A stretch of 63,347 bases of DNA, counting the filler, from Choristocarpus tenellus KU-1152 (Eukaryota > Protista > Phaeophyceae), in the NCBI GenBank assembly GCA_964200185.2. It is 12 parts of 12 records of this genome, joined end to end, with 100 filler letters (N's around TTAATTAATTAA, not from the genome) between each part and the next. Parts side by side here need not be neighbours in the genome. Positions count along the whole stretch, not along the records: positions 3,070 to 19,513 come from CAXNAD020000828.1; positions 19,614 to 22,294 come from CAXNAD020025697.1; positions 22,395 to 25,443 come from CAXNAD020022694.1; 9 more parts are not named here. One strand, given 5' to 3'. This document shows positions 12,495 to 25,203 of this stretch, piece after piece. The position numbers and the translations under genes were made by a program. Each line of letters opens with the position of its first letter. Within the stretch, counting starts at the first letter, position 1. A model generated the notes under the pieces. It was given only the letters and a program-made list of their open reading frames with translations. It was not told the origin of the DNA and did not search any database.

Positions 12495-15400
12495 GAAGGC
12501 AAAGTTGCAGAAGCATAAACAAAACCTAACTAAAAAGTAAAATTAGTTTTTTATACAAAATTCAATTTAACGTAGAATTAGTAACTAATAAATATACTTA
12601 ATAGCACAAATAACTTTAGCTTAATTTCTATAGATATAAATGAGTTTAAGAGGATATATGTTAAATTATTATGATGTTGTGGTAGTTGAGGAGAGGTGGT
12701 CTTGCAGAATCTATAGATTCCCTGGAAATCAAGTACTGTGGTTAAAATAGTGCTATATTTGAGGCTAGAGACAGGCTTGGTGGCAGTGTTGATACTGAAT
12801 TTGTTTACCATGCTTGGTGTCAACCTACCTCTCATACATGGCAACATTTCACGTACGCACCCAGTAATATTATTATTATTTCAATAATTCTTCACAACAG
12901 TCAGAAAGGCCTCAGAATTGTGGTCAAAAGGTAATAAAAGGAAAGCAATAGACCCCACTTGAGAGGAGACAAACACTGCCGAATAAATATATTCTATGTT
13001 CGCTGAAAAAAGAAGGGGAACAAAAATTCCCTCTTGTCCAATCGAAAATCAGAATATGAGTCAGTCACATTTAGCCCGAGAAAACTGTAGTGTATGCCCC
13101 TATTTGCGATTTTCGGGAAACCAAGTTTCGTAAATTTAAAGACATGGCCAAAGCACTTTTTTTTTCTACAAAGTAGTATGTATTATTTGTCCGTAGATAC
13201 AATTCAATGTCACATCTCATGCATTCTATTTGAGGAGTTTATGTTCCTCATCTGTTCTATTCAGATATGTTATCTACTCACGCCATCTCATTCAGGAATA
13301 TTTCTAGCGCAACGACACAAACTGGGTAACTTAATGTCTGGAGCACCGCCAATCATTTATTCAATTTTATAGAGTGCGGGCGGACCTTTATGGTATGAAC
13401 ACAGTAATGATTTTGTACAAAAAAAAAAATGAGATGAAAGCATCCCTTGTACTGACGGGGTTGGTCTGGAGAACAAAACGTTTTGGCAGGGCGAGACCAG
13501 GGCCAAAAAAACTTACACCCTTGTCGGGCCATGGGTTAACTGCTGGTACAGTGTAAGGCCCCTGTTCTTTTCCATCACTCACACAATAATGTTGATTACA
13601 TAAAGAGCCAAATATGTAGGAGCAAGTCATAACTGCCAAAAAAATAGATGTAACTGTCATTGTGTGGATCGTCACCACCTACAAATATTAAAACATATGC
13701 TGGAACGATCAACCCAGAGCCTTTGCATAAATTTGTCACTCAATTTCTTTGCGTTGTAAATGTCTATGCGTGATGTAGAAATCGGCTACCCACCTTACCA
13801 GCTACGTACGTAGCCAGCTACAACACATAGTCTCAACTCAAACGATAATTTCTGGATCATTCTCCATCGCGTGTACATGAACGTGTATGCAAAGAATATG
13901 CACACAGAATGCGCAGGCAGTGCTCTGCTTCTATGCGCTCAAGTAACCTATGCAATATTTAGGAGAGGGGTATTTCAGAAGCTATTCTTCGCTTCAAAAT
14001 AATAACCCCATAAAAATATGATACTACAATACATGTAGTAGAAGTAGTATCCCAATCCTACCCACACCAAAATAAATACTTTGAAGAACTCTGCTAAAAC
14101 TTGATATCACATAATGTATGCCTACGGTTCCTACCCCAAATCCACCTTTCAAAGCTTGACAATAATAAAGGGTTAAGGGTAGGGCTACGGAGATTTGCTA
14201 ATTGTCAAAGACAAGTTTGATGCAGGCAACATACTCTATGGTCAAGTGCATCAATTCAAGGAAAACAATAGGACCACTATCTTTGGGAATAACAAGTCCA
14301 ACCAATATAGCACCATAAAGTACCACAACGTGGTGGTTCTCCGATGTATCCTGACTCTTGAAACAAAAACCTACGCAATGACAGACACTTCTCCAACACA
14401 CACACATACTCACACACACAAGCATACATCACTACCGGTACAGCAGTTGGATGTCCACTTGAGTTCTCACCTCAATATATATTCGTTCATCATATCCTAT
14501 GGTTCACCCCTTTTCACTAAGCACACTCCCTCACCCCCCTAATTAAAAGATGATATAGATCTTCCTCCTCACAAGTTATTGCTACGGGTCAAACATCCCT
14601 CTCATGAAAAGGAGAGAGAGAGACAGGGGATACCTAACATGCCCTGTCTCCTCTAGTGCCTTGGAATCTCTGTATCTAACACGGCTACTGGTCAACAACC
14701 TATACACCACCTCCATCTATGTCAAAAAATATTCCACTCTTGTAGCAGTGCTCTTGGATGTTAGGCCTAATGCAGTGCTCAGCTCACCAAGGCTTGGAAT
14801 GCATCTCCCCCCATTGCTCTGCCTTGACTGCACCGAGCAAATGTTATTGACTGTCCCAATTCAAATTATCACCAAAAGGTTTTGAGATGACTCATTTGCT
14901 ACACACCAAAAAACAAGCAACCTGATGTGCTACAAAGGCGTCCAGAGTCTTGCTTGGTATGTACTCCAGAGCAATACAATAGTGCGAGTCATAAATAATA
15001 ACAATGCTTATCAAATAACATTGACAAACATTAATTTGCATCTTCTTCTCAACATTTTAATATTACTAACATGAAATATAATGTTGTAGGATTGGGGTTA
15101 CGGTTAGGGTTGTGTACTAAAGTTAAAAGCCCACAGCGCCCCAGAAGCATTCCCAAACAAACCAAATAATTTGATCTAATCAACACTGGCAAGTGCTAGA
15201 GATCTGTAATCTCTAACCCCCCTCCCTCCTGGGAACTCATAATACTAACTTACCGCTGATGGATAGTCCTTCCTGGGCCACTCCAGGCAAAACCTCCAAA
15301 AGGAAGGGTAGACTCTCTCACTGCCCCTGCCTTACCTCGCCATGAAGCACACCCTGCATTACCCCCTCCACTCCCCCTGCTTCCATGTCCCCGTTCCATT

Positions 15401-18400
15401 TCACGGTGATCTACGTGCATGGCCTCAGAAATAAGACAACCCAGCCAGGGGTGCTGGTGAAGGAGTCCCTTTTGGTGGCAAAGGGGGTATAGGTACATGA
15501 GATGATACAGGCATTATTATGTGTGTACATTTGTCATGCACAAACAAATGTGACTCAAAAGGGTATATCTTTATTTATCAACTCTCGCTAACCTCCAACA
15601 TCCATTCCCCCCTCTCCCCACCCCAGTCTTTTCACTGGATCTCCTCATCCTTGTTTGAAAGAGCTAAAGTCAGTAGTTTCTTATCTCAGCCTACAGAAGC
15701 TGGTGTTGGTTGAGCCATCACAAAAAAAAAATGTATGCGAGGTCATACACACCCTTTTGGTTTCCACTTTCTCTTTCTTGAACAACAAAGCATATCATGC
15801 ACCTCAGAGAGTGAGAGAATATTGATGGGACAACATCCATCGAAAAACAAAAAAGGGGGTTACCCCGCCTCCTCCCAATAGAATCTTGAACAGCAGTCAC
15901 AGATTAAGCTGCTCAACCTTGGTCTCAAGGTAATGGCCTAAACAATGAGGAACATACATTATAGCCTTAAAGCAAATTTTGAAAAGATCAAGAAGACTGG
16001 GATATCACTACCCCATTGGCTTAACATGACACACACAGACTGACTATATTTGTGGATATGTTGGTTCTCATGCATGTCCACTACTTCTTTACTATTGAAA
16101 CGTTCTTGGACACATGTTAATCATTAGAACATTGCGGAGCATACATCATAGCATTAGGGCCAAAATATGAAACAATTGAAGGGGATTGAGATATCACAGA
16201 GACGTTAAGGTATCCAATTGACCCTGTTAGACACGCAACCTACTTCTCTTGGTTGCATTGTTGTGTCCATGCATGTCCCCCACTCTCTCAGTCTAGAAGC
16301 CTTGCCCCTGAATGTACAACATGCTCAAAACATAAACAAGAAAAAAAAACTTGGAGGCACTATGCAATCAACATAATTCAAGCATTGTATATAATATTCT
16401 TTATTCAAGTAAAACTAGGATGTTGTAACATAAAGTTACTAATAAATAAAATAAGAACATAATATACTCAGGAAAAATTCATTAGGAAAAAACAAAACAT
16501 AAAACTTACGACCATTTCCTCGTACATAAATATCCCCATTGCATCAAACAAAGGTAGAAGTCCAGTCTTGATTTTGAAATCAACGGGGGAGGCTAAGCTC
16601 AGCCCATAGCAAACCCCAACACGTAAGGTCACAAAGGAGGGGTAAGGTTGATATTGATTTTTGTATGACTCACCAGAAGTTCACTATATATGTATGACCT
16701 TGAATGTATTTTGCGGTTGGGGGAATCACTGTTTTTATTTGGGGGGCGCAACTTGTAGGCACATGACTCTAGAGACCAAAAAAAATGTTGTCCCTGGTCT
16801 ATGGGAAATGACACAGTAAAATAATGCCTTTTGTATATGCCATTTCCCACAGTCCCTTGCTGGGTAGCAGGGTAGCTGTGACTTTTCTCACGCCGTCAAT
16901 TGCACCACTATGACGGTCTCTTCAAATGTTGAGAACACCTCAACCTAGGTTAATGGGGCATGGCATATATACTCCAAGTGTATGTGTGTGCCATACCTCA
17001 CTGACCCAAGCATCATACAGGGGGGTTTGATTTTGCTTGCACCTAGCCCTTGTTGATATTTGGCTTCCTTTGGACTTTGCACCCTCAACAACCAATGTCC
17101 GTCTGTAGTTTGCACTGTTTGTCACTCTCATTGTTCCCAATGCAATCATGTCTGTCTCCAACAACGACAATGTGGAAATTTGAGGCAATTGCGCCAACTA
17201 AAACTAGTGTTGGCGCCTTGTTCCTGTGACTCGCAGTGGACAACAGAAGGGTGCCTGTCAAGGTCTACGTGGGCGCATTATTATCCATGCCGCTTGGTAG
17301 GAGTCAATGTCCAATGACCCACTGACGGAGTGAAAAGAACGTATGACAACTTTCTTGCCCACCTCCAACATCACAATGGGCGACAGGAGGATGTGGAACC
17401 CAATACCACCGTGAGAGGACGAAGTTACTTGGATTGGACTCGGGTGATGCACCACAACAGACTAGGATGTGGTTAGAGCTAGGGACATACTCCCTCACCT
17501 ACACACAGCTGTGCACAACACTCTCTTGCAAAGGAACATCTACCTCACTGTCTTCATGCTGGGAACGGCAGCACAGGTGTTCAATATGAATGTGGTAGTA
17601 AGGGGTTGCCAATGATCTGTAACCGAATATGTCGAACTGTATTATAACAGCAATATTTCAAAATGACATCCTTTTATACACCCATTGATACCAACATCAC
17701 CTGGCACATTTGCTTCTTCAATCAGGCAATCTCAGCCACCTAAATGTGGACACATGGAGCTCAGGGTCATTTGGACACATTAAACTTCTACTTCTGCATC
17801 CACCTCAAACCACACCTAACACCACCTTCCGCACTTCTAGATTGTAAGATATGCATGGTGAATCGAAAAATCAAGGTTGAACTGGACTCATCAGGAAAAT
17901 AGACTAATGAACAAGGAGAAGGATCGAGAACAGATCTGATGCAGAAGCCTATGCAGGCTGTTGAGTCCAGGCAGATTGGGAAAGGATCAAGAATGTGTCT
18001 GACACAGATAAGGCACAAGTCCACTTAGTGAACACCACCCATAAGAGGCATACCAATAGGTTTCAGTGGAGAAAAAACCCAAGTATCACGGAAATATGAC
18101 CCAGAAACCCCTGGTACATGTAGGTGTGGGTAAAGCAAGGAACACGTTTGGGTTTTAAAAGAGCTTTTTCTGCCTCATCTATTAGAGACTGTGTTATGTC
18201 TGTGCTGGGTGTTAGCCTACCAAGGATCCTACTAAAGACAACACCTAATATTTTGCTCAAGACGAGCCTACCAATGTTACTACACCGCAAACATTGCAAA
18301 GGTGGTAACAAGAACTATCCTCCGTTTTGCAAGAGAATTTAATGCACGCAGATAAAATCCATTGGTGCATGGACTCACTCAGATTGCGGAAATGCTCGTG

Positions 18401-19613
18401 ACCATCACCTTACATATATAAGACTTAAAGGGTGGGAAAAGGGGTTACAAACGTCACATGTTGACATGTCCAAGATGTGAGAGCTCTTGCAACAAGCTCA
18501 TTACGATTAGAAAATGGCTTGCCAGTCCTTGGGGTGCAAAAGGAAGGACACAATTATAGACACAAGGGTTCATTCCCATGTCAGACTGGAAAAGGTTTAA
18601 TCACATTGCGATAGCTATGCACTCACAGCCTTTCCCATAAGGCAACTTTGTTATTATCAATTCGGCAGCATTGATGGATGACATAACAAGGAGGTGGAGG
18701 GACTACGTAGAGTGAATGACAATGCATCCTGTAAAGAAATCATATTTGATCAAGGACAAGAGCATGTAGGGGGGACAGGGAGGGGAAGAATAGATGGAGT
18801 CATTCCTCTCATGTTCCCAAAGAGAAAACAAGATGTACAACAAGAACATGCCCCTCTTCAATAGCAGACATAACAAAAAAGGGAGGCATGCAACGCACCA
18901 ATGTCCTGGCCGGAAAGCAGACTCCCCCCATAATAAGTTCATGACTAATGGCCTTACCACCATGTGCCTCTCAATGCTATTTCCATATGGTAAAGCAGAT
19001 CCCACCAGTGCTGACAGGGGGAGAAAAATGTTCCCAGGTGGAAATGCCCAGCACTATTGCAGTAGGAAGATGTGGACAACAAACACCATTCTGCTAGTTA
19101 CTCAAGGTTCGTGCGCTACGCACAATATATCCTCAAGTGTCATCACTTCTTGACGCCTATGTCTAGCACTTCCACGTACGTGCACCTTAATATTGACCCT
19201 AATTCAGCTTGTCAGGTCAACAAAGGGCCAAGAAACTTGCCAGCTTCAAGTGTGTCATTGATGGACCACAGGGTCGAAAGATACCTTGACATGACTGCAG
19301 TTCAGTTTTGTTAAAGAAGCTGCGGTTTCCAGGACTCGAGCATAAAAATTTCATTGATCATTTCCTTGGTAGGATGGAGAGAAGGAGCAAAAGGGGCAAG
19401 CTCATCCACCAGAGCTGGGCAACCTTGCCAACAAACACTTGTTGTATTCTATCTCGATCATCAACACATTAGGCTCAAAGTATCTGGGAGGGGGTGGCGG
19501 CTGTCCATTTGGGNNNNNNNNNNNNNNNNNNNNNNNNNNNNNNNNNNNNNNNNNNNNTTAATTAATTAANNNNNNNNNNNNNNNNNNNNNNNNNNNNNNN
19601 NNNNNNNNNNNNN

Positions 19614-19773
19614 CGTCTGTTTCGGGCGTCCGTTTCGGCCAAACAACTCTTTTTGCTGACATTTCAAATCCGTCACGTGCGACCAAATCACACCAAAAAA
19701 GTGAAAATCGAAAAAAAGGTGAAAAACGGACGCCGACAACCCCCCCAAAAAAAAACTTTGACCCCGGTCCTCC
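19614..19773. mobile_element. Probable DNA-transposon terminal sequence
   Basis: CpG-rich non-coding sequence at a contig edge; shares the GCCAAACAACTC motif with 26538-26550. Confidence 0.35.
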
Positions 19774-20954
19774 GTTAGTACTCACTATCACAGTGCAATG
19801 AGGTTCCTCGCAAAGGAGTGAGAACGAGCGATCGTCCTGACGAAAGCTATTTGGGATGTATAGTGTGTATGTAGGCGCATGGGTCTAAGGAAGTCCGTTA
19901 TATTGCTTGGATGGAGTAGAGTGGTTGATCGGTATATGTTGGGGCACGTTATTACCTTGTAGCATTAGAAGCTTTCTCCATAATTCTTACACTTTCAATA
20001 CTACTACGTGTATATATATAGTTTTCATTGGTTTCCCCCTCACTGCAAAATGTCAGAGGGCATAATAATATAATACTACTACGTAGTGTTTAGTAGATGG
20101 TAGAAAAGTCTTGGGGGCTTACCAATCAGTGTGAACTATACTTTGAGTTCCCATACACCAAACTTAACAAGAACCAGCAAAGCACGTGTAGCACTGAATG
20201 CGGTCTCAATTATCCCAAATCAGATTATGAAGGAATGTATCATCAACCCCGCCTGCCCCCTGCCTCATACATACCACCGGAAGAACTGGGTGCCTGAAAA
20301 GACAGGACTTTGTACCACACTCAAGACAACATCGGAATTGATCTTTGAGACTCAAACTGGTGAACTTTCCTTGTGTTGTTACTGTATATTTTTAACTGTA
20401 ATATGATCATCACAATGTAATAATAGTAGAAATTAACACTTCAACATCAAAAATATCAACAGGTTCTCAAAGTTCAATCACTCGTCTGACAGACACAAGT
20501 TAATAACCCACAGTCCACCATTAAGTTGTCTACACCTGTTACTCATCGAAGAAGTAGAACTAATGATCTTGTGGGATATAGCACAACAACATTATTAACC
20601 CAACCACAGTGACGATCCATATCAAGTAAACTTTGATCAAACCACAAAACAATAGAGTGGTGCCCAGTTGCGCAATAATAACCGATCAATAGTTAAAGCA
20701 AAACGTCAGTGGTTCCGTTTTTGAAAGCCCATACAGAATACTCTGGCATGCCGCAATACATTGTTAGTTGGAAGCTTTCTTGATGACCTAAAGAAAAAAC
20801 AGATGTACCATATCTATAAATCTTTTCGGGCCTCCGAGTATCTCCAAGAAAACTGTCGACACGGTCGAGTCTCTCTCCCCAACACAGAACAAAATTATGA
20901 TGTGATACTTCATGCCGACAAGGTGGAGCGTTTGATATTTCTTCGTCTTAGCAG

Positions 20955-21064
20955 GCACCTCCCTTATCAGGGAGGTGACCAAGTACAAGGAGGAGATAGA
21001 TGAACTGAGACGGGGGCAGAAGGACTCCTGGCTAGTTGAGTCTGCCTTCCAGAAGAAGAATTTG
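20955..21064 (+). CDS. Isolated internal exon, unknown (coiled-coil-like) protein
   Basis: cttagcag|G...TTG|gtcggg; reads GTSLIREVTKYKEEIDELRRGQKDSWLVESAFQKKNL with no stop and G/C-rich third positions. Confidence 0.45.
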
Positions 21065-21269
21065 GTCGGGCAAGCATTGGTCGTTCTATGATGATTGACA
21101 TCTTGTTTGTGAAGGATTTGCAACAATCATAAATCTTACACTAAAGAACCATTCATTGTCGATGAATACATATGTCAGGGACAGGTCACCTTTTTTGGGA
21201 TCTCCAACATTGATGAGGATAATACGCGCGGCCATACACATTTGCGCTCGTCACCTTTTCCAATTGTAT

Positions 21270-22130
21270 TTTTAGAGCTGATCTAGTTATCGACTTGAGT
21301 CTCGCGGAGTAGAAAGACTGCTCTCATCCGGAAACAAACACAGACAGGTTGGTCCTCTCTGTGAGAAGCACGCATACCTTTTCAAAATATAATTTACCTC
21401 GACTGTAATATTTTGCTTTATTATTTATTTTAAACTCTGCACATAACACTTACTGTCCAACTTTTCTGGTTGTCCAAGCACCTTGGAGGCAAGTTGTTGA
21501 ACCCTTCACTATCCCCACAACACTCCCCAAAAGATGACTTCATGTACCAAAGCTGTGGTGATACTGAGCTTCATCCACTCAGATCCCCAGGAGGCATGTA
21601 GGAGACAGGCAGGTCCACACCATATTTTTCACTGTGTTTTCCACCCATTAGCACAGATTTAACTTGGACTAGGGTGGTATTTAGAGCTTATCTATTAGAC
21701 GACTTCAGGATCGTGGGGGAGAAAGATTGCTCTTATATCCAGAGACCTTAACACAGAGTGATTCTATCTGTTTGAAGCATGCACATATTTTTCTGTTCAA
21801 AATATTATTTTTCAACGGGTATAATATTTTACTTGTCTTAACACATGCACATATAACAAACATTTAAAGTCCAACTTTTTCTGGTTGTCCAAGCACCTTG
21901 GAGGCAAGTTGTTGAACAAGAGATGATAGTAAGGGATGAGTTTTTCAACCACTATCCCCACAACACACCCCAGTAGATGACTGATGTATCAAAGCTGTGG
22001 TGATACTGACCTTCATCCACTCAGATCCCCAGGAGGCACGTAGGAGACAGGCAGGTTCATGCCATTTTTTTCATTGCGCTTTCCACCCGTCAACACTGAT
22101 TTAACTTGGACTAGAGTGCCACCTAGGGCT
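21270..22130. repeat. Tandem duplication, two units of ~410 and ~445 bp
   Basis: Shared blocks GTCCAACTTTTCTGGTTGTCCAAGCACCTTGGAGGCAAGTTGTTGAAC and AAAGCTGTGGTGATACTGAnCTTCATCCACTCAGATCCCCAGGAGGCAyGTAGGAGACAGGCAGGT. Confidence 0.9.
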
Positions 22131-22394
22131 GATCACCACTAGTACTCCACCTCCTTTTCATTTTTCATTTACCCTGAGTTGATTCAACCAGTACGTTCAA
22201 AAATAAATAAATCTACCACAGATGGACCTGTCCGACATGAAGTGCTGGCCAGTCACTTTTGTGTTCGCGTTGGATAGAATCCACGCTCGGGGGGNNNNNN
22301 NNNNNNNNNNNNNNNNNNNNNNNNNNNNNNNNNNNNNNTTAATTAATTAANNNNNNNNNNNNNNNNNNNNNNNNNNNNNNNNNNNNNNNNNNNN

Positions 22395-23632
22395 CCGCAT
22401 ACCTCCAAAAAGATATTTCTGCTAAAGGCTTGGTCAAGATATCTGCGTGTTGCTGGCTACGGGGGATCCACAGTCGATACCCACGAATGGGTGTCAGTTA
22501 CACTTCTCTTGATGCTTCAATCGGTGCTTAGCTCAATGCTTGAAACAGCCGATTTCAAAAATTGAGGATGGAGCTTTTCATTGAGGATGGGCTTGACCCA
22601 AAATTGACTGGGATAAAGTGTCGATATGTTTTTTGTTTTTTTACCATCCTCAATTTTTGAAATCGGCTGTTTTGACTTAAGGTTTAATCGAGATAAAAAG
22701 AGTGGGTCATGATGTACTTTGGTGACAGTCAAAGTAATCTATATTTGCATCATCCACCAGAATTCTACAGAATACGAATTTAAAGACATCTGCCAACCGT
22801 TGCATGCGTGTACTCAAATTGCAAATCTTTCCTGCAAATTCTAAGAAATCAGCATTTATTCTCTGTAAGGCTACTTATGTGCTACGAATCTCGTATACTG
22901 GCCACGCTCGCTAGAACACAAAAAGATATGCTGACGCTATTCGCCTTTAACATTTACTCTCAAACAATCGCATTAACAGCCCAACAACAAGCACATACAC
23001 ATGTTCCTTACATGTTCATTAAAAACTTCGCATGTTGTTTAAAAGCTCGGACTGCCAAATTCTTGGTTGACACGTCAACCCTCTGGTTGGCAGTACCAGC
23101 ATAAACACCACGCATTTCTCCTTTTCTAGATAAGTCCCTCAGAACGTGGTGTCGAACATCAATGTGATTTGTTCTAGTAGAGCATGTGGCATTTTGTACT
23201 AGTTTGCATGCACCATCGTCGTCGTCAAATATGTCAATGCAACGCCTAGGAAACTGTGGCTGAATTAACTAAAAAAAAATTAACTCAAAAACACTTCACA
23301 AGAAAAGCAATTTCTGTGCCACACTGCTAAGGGCTATATACTCACTGAGTGAAAATATCTTTCACGGTATGAGTTTTGCCCTGTTTATCCATTTGGGGCT
23401 AGGATCCCATGGGGTTATTTATGACATTTTCCTACTCCAAAATGTTTCGGAGTAGGTAAAATGTGTAAGTTATGAAAAGGTGTTTCCTAAACATAGATAT
23501 TGACACTTCCTAACAAATGCAATAGCCAAGATTACATCAAAATAGCAACATTGAATTTTGACCCCCAAATAGACGCGTCTTTACCCTCTAAGATAATTTG
23601 TCTCACTCTCCATGGAAGACAGAGTTACATCT
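22395..23632 (-). mobile_element. Degenerate Ty1/copia RNase H region interrupted by two insertions
   Basis: VTLSSMES/EYIALSSVAQKLLFL... then DIFDDDDGACKLVQNATCSTRTNHIDVRHHVLRDL (23100-23346 and 23605-23632), and QQHADILTKPL (22395-22460). These match the copia motifs SSTEAEY, DNxGA, KHIDVRHH and ADILTK. Confidence 0.9.
23347..23604 (+). mobile_element. MITE family A copy (~260 bp; TIR GAGTGAAAGTATCTTAGAGGGTA...TACCCTCTAAGATACTTTGACTC), TSD ACT
   Basis: TIRs visible. Removing the element plus one ACT restores the copia reading frame. A partial inverted copy lies at 23646-23710. Confidence 0.9.
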
Positions 23633-25203
23633 CATAAAAACGTCCATGGGAAGCCAAGCCCCAAATGGACAAACAGGGAAAAACTCCTACCCTCTACGAT
23701 ACTTTCACTCACAACTCTTTGTACCTTTGACATAGTTAAATAACAAATAGATTAGTGTTTCTCACATTTGTGACATATTTTACTTCTTTAGGGTTTATAC
23801 TGACATGTGAATAGTTTTCGTTGGTTTTCCCCCCGACACATCTACAAAATCTCAGAGGGCACAATAATATATATATACGTATGAACACTGACTCCTCATA
23901 CCGTTGCTTATCATACCGTTTGCACATTACAACTTGTACTGTACCAAACCAAACGTAAACGTACATGAAACCTATGTTCTATACTTGTATTAGCACAGAC
24001 AACGCAAGGATAACACTAGGCTATTCGACAAGTTAATGATGCAGAAGGTATCGTGGGTGAAACGAACGTGGAGATTGGTGTACACCAAATTCTTGTAGAT
24101 ACCTACAGAGTATGATAATGAGTTGTGTAGTCAGGTGCTCTGAGATGGAGTTTTGGTGGAAGGTATAGCCTGGGGTGGTAGATCCTAATCGCGAGTGTAT
24201 GGGATAATCAGACTCTATGGTTCACCCATATAGTCCACAGACAGATGTTATACTGGAGGCTGGGCCTAGTGTTGGAGGAGATTATATAGAGATGTGTAAA
24301 GCACAGATAGGACAACTGGTTCACAATTCCTATGAGATCTGCCCTTGCTTGGCCTTCTTTTGTGTTGGCTGAAGTACCTGTTGGTATTAACACCACAATG
24401 GGGGTTGGCTAGGCTGACTAGAGATAGGAGAAGGAGGTTGTAAGGGATAGGAGGACCGGAGAGGTGGATCAAGAGATAAACATCTTGGGTAGGGGAAGAA
24501 GGTAGCCAAGACCGATGTTGGAATGTGTGGGGATTCTTGAGATGAAGTACAGGGTTTGGCCCTTAGTTGTGACAGGGCAAGGATCAAGAGTGAAAATGCG
24601 TCTGCAGAGATATAATCTCCAGGTGGTATAAGGACCCTATTTCGTTCAAGATAAAAAGATTGACTAAGAGAGGTAGAGTATTTTGACCTCTTTTTATTTT
24701 CATCATCCACCCAATTTCTTTGGTCATCTACGCAACTGCTCTAGATGTACTCCAAGCGTACACCTTTATTCAGCATTTATTCTATAAGTCTACCTATGTG
24801 TTACTAATATCGTATATTGTTCGCAATTGTTAGAACGCGAGAAACAATGCTCGCACTCTTCGCCTGTCACAAATGTTCATGTTTGCTAAAACATGAGAAG
24901 AAATGCTCGCGCTTTTCACCTGTAACAGTCGCACGTTAGAGGTGAACATAAGTGTGTAGAGCGTAGGTGTCTCTATCCTTGAAGTATGGGCACTTGAGTT
25001 GGTAGAATAAGGGCTAAGAATTAGTCATTTTTTCAATACTTCACAAACGCTGTCTTGACGATTCAACCACCACCCCCACACAACATTTTCACTAAAGGAG
25101 CCTGGGAGCAGTGAAAAGAGCGTTGTACATGTAAGAACTTGAGTATTTGCCTTGGCCTCGGTAGTCGGTAGATAGAAGTGCAGAGAGGGGTAGTGTGTAT
25201 GTG

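Larger units (their letters stand above)
11200..12675. other. AT-rich bacterial (Rickettsiaceae-like) DNA island embedded in a host contig
   Basis: Abrupt shift to strongly AT-rich, intron-free, gene-dense sequence containing uspA and MFS remnants. Flanked on both sides by host-type exon/intron sequence with no N gap. Boundaries are approximate. Confidence 0.8.
4405..19090 (-). pseudogene. Long multi-exon host gene of unknown function, apparently decayed
   Basis: A series of minus-strand blocks with AG/GT ends, e.g. 15753-15937, 13517-13678, 10086-~11097 (about 337 open codons), 9524-9678, ~7625-8245, 6918-7039 and a block starting at 5688. The 10086 exon (phase 0) joins 9678 in frame. Several blocks carry in-frame stops and many TGT/CAT/CAA codons in basic contexts (e.g. 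GMFDLKKALNSACVVHCLICV*TCAM*CQLKILRK). Confidence 0.55.

Noticed and set aside
11200-12675. Organellar (NUMT/NUPT) origin or simple bacterial contamination of the AT-rich island
   Set aside because: uspA and Bcr/CflA are not organelle-encoded genes, and the broken, scrambled genes contiguous with host sequence argue against a contaminant contig. A chimeric join still needs a read check.
4405-19090. Alternative genetic code or U-to-C editing to explain the in-frame stops
   Set aside because: FBA, PHTF, PPA and the 5-exon gene have no in-frame stops and PHTF ends in TAG. The region also shows missense-type CpG decay, so mutation is the simpler explanation.
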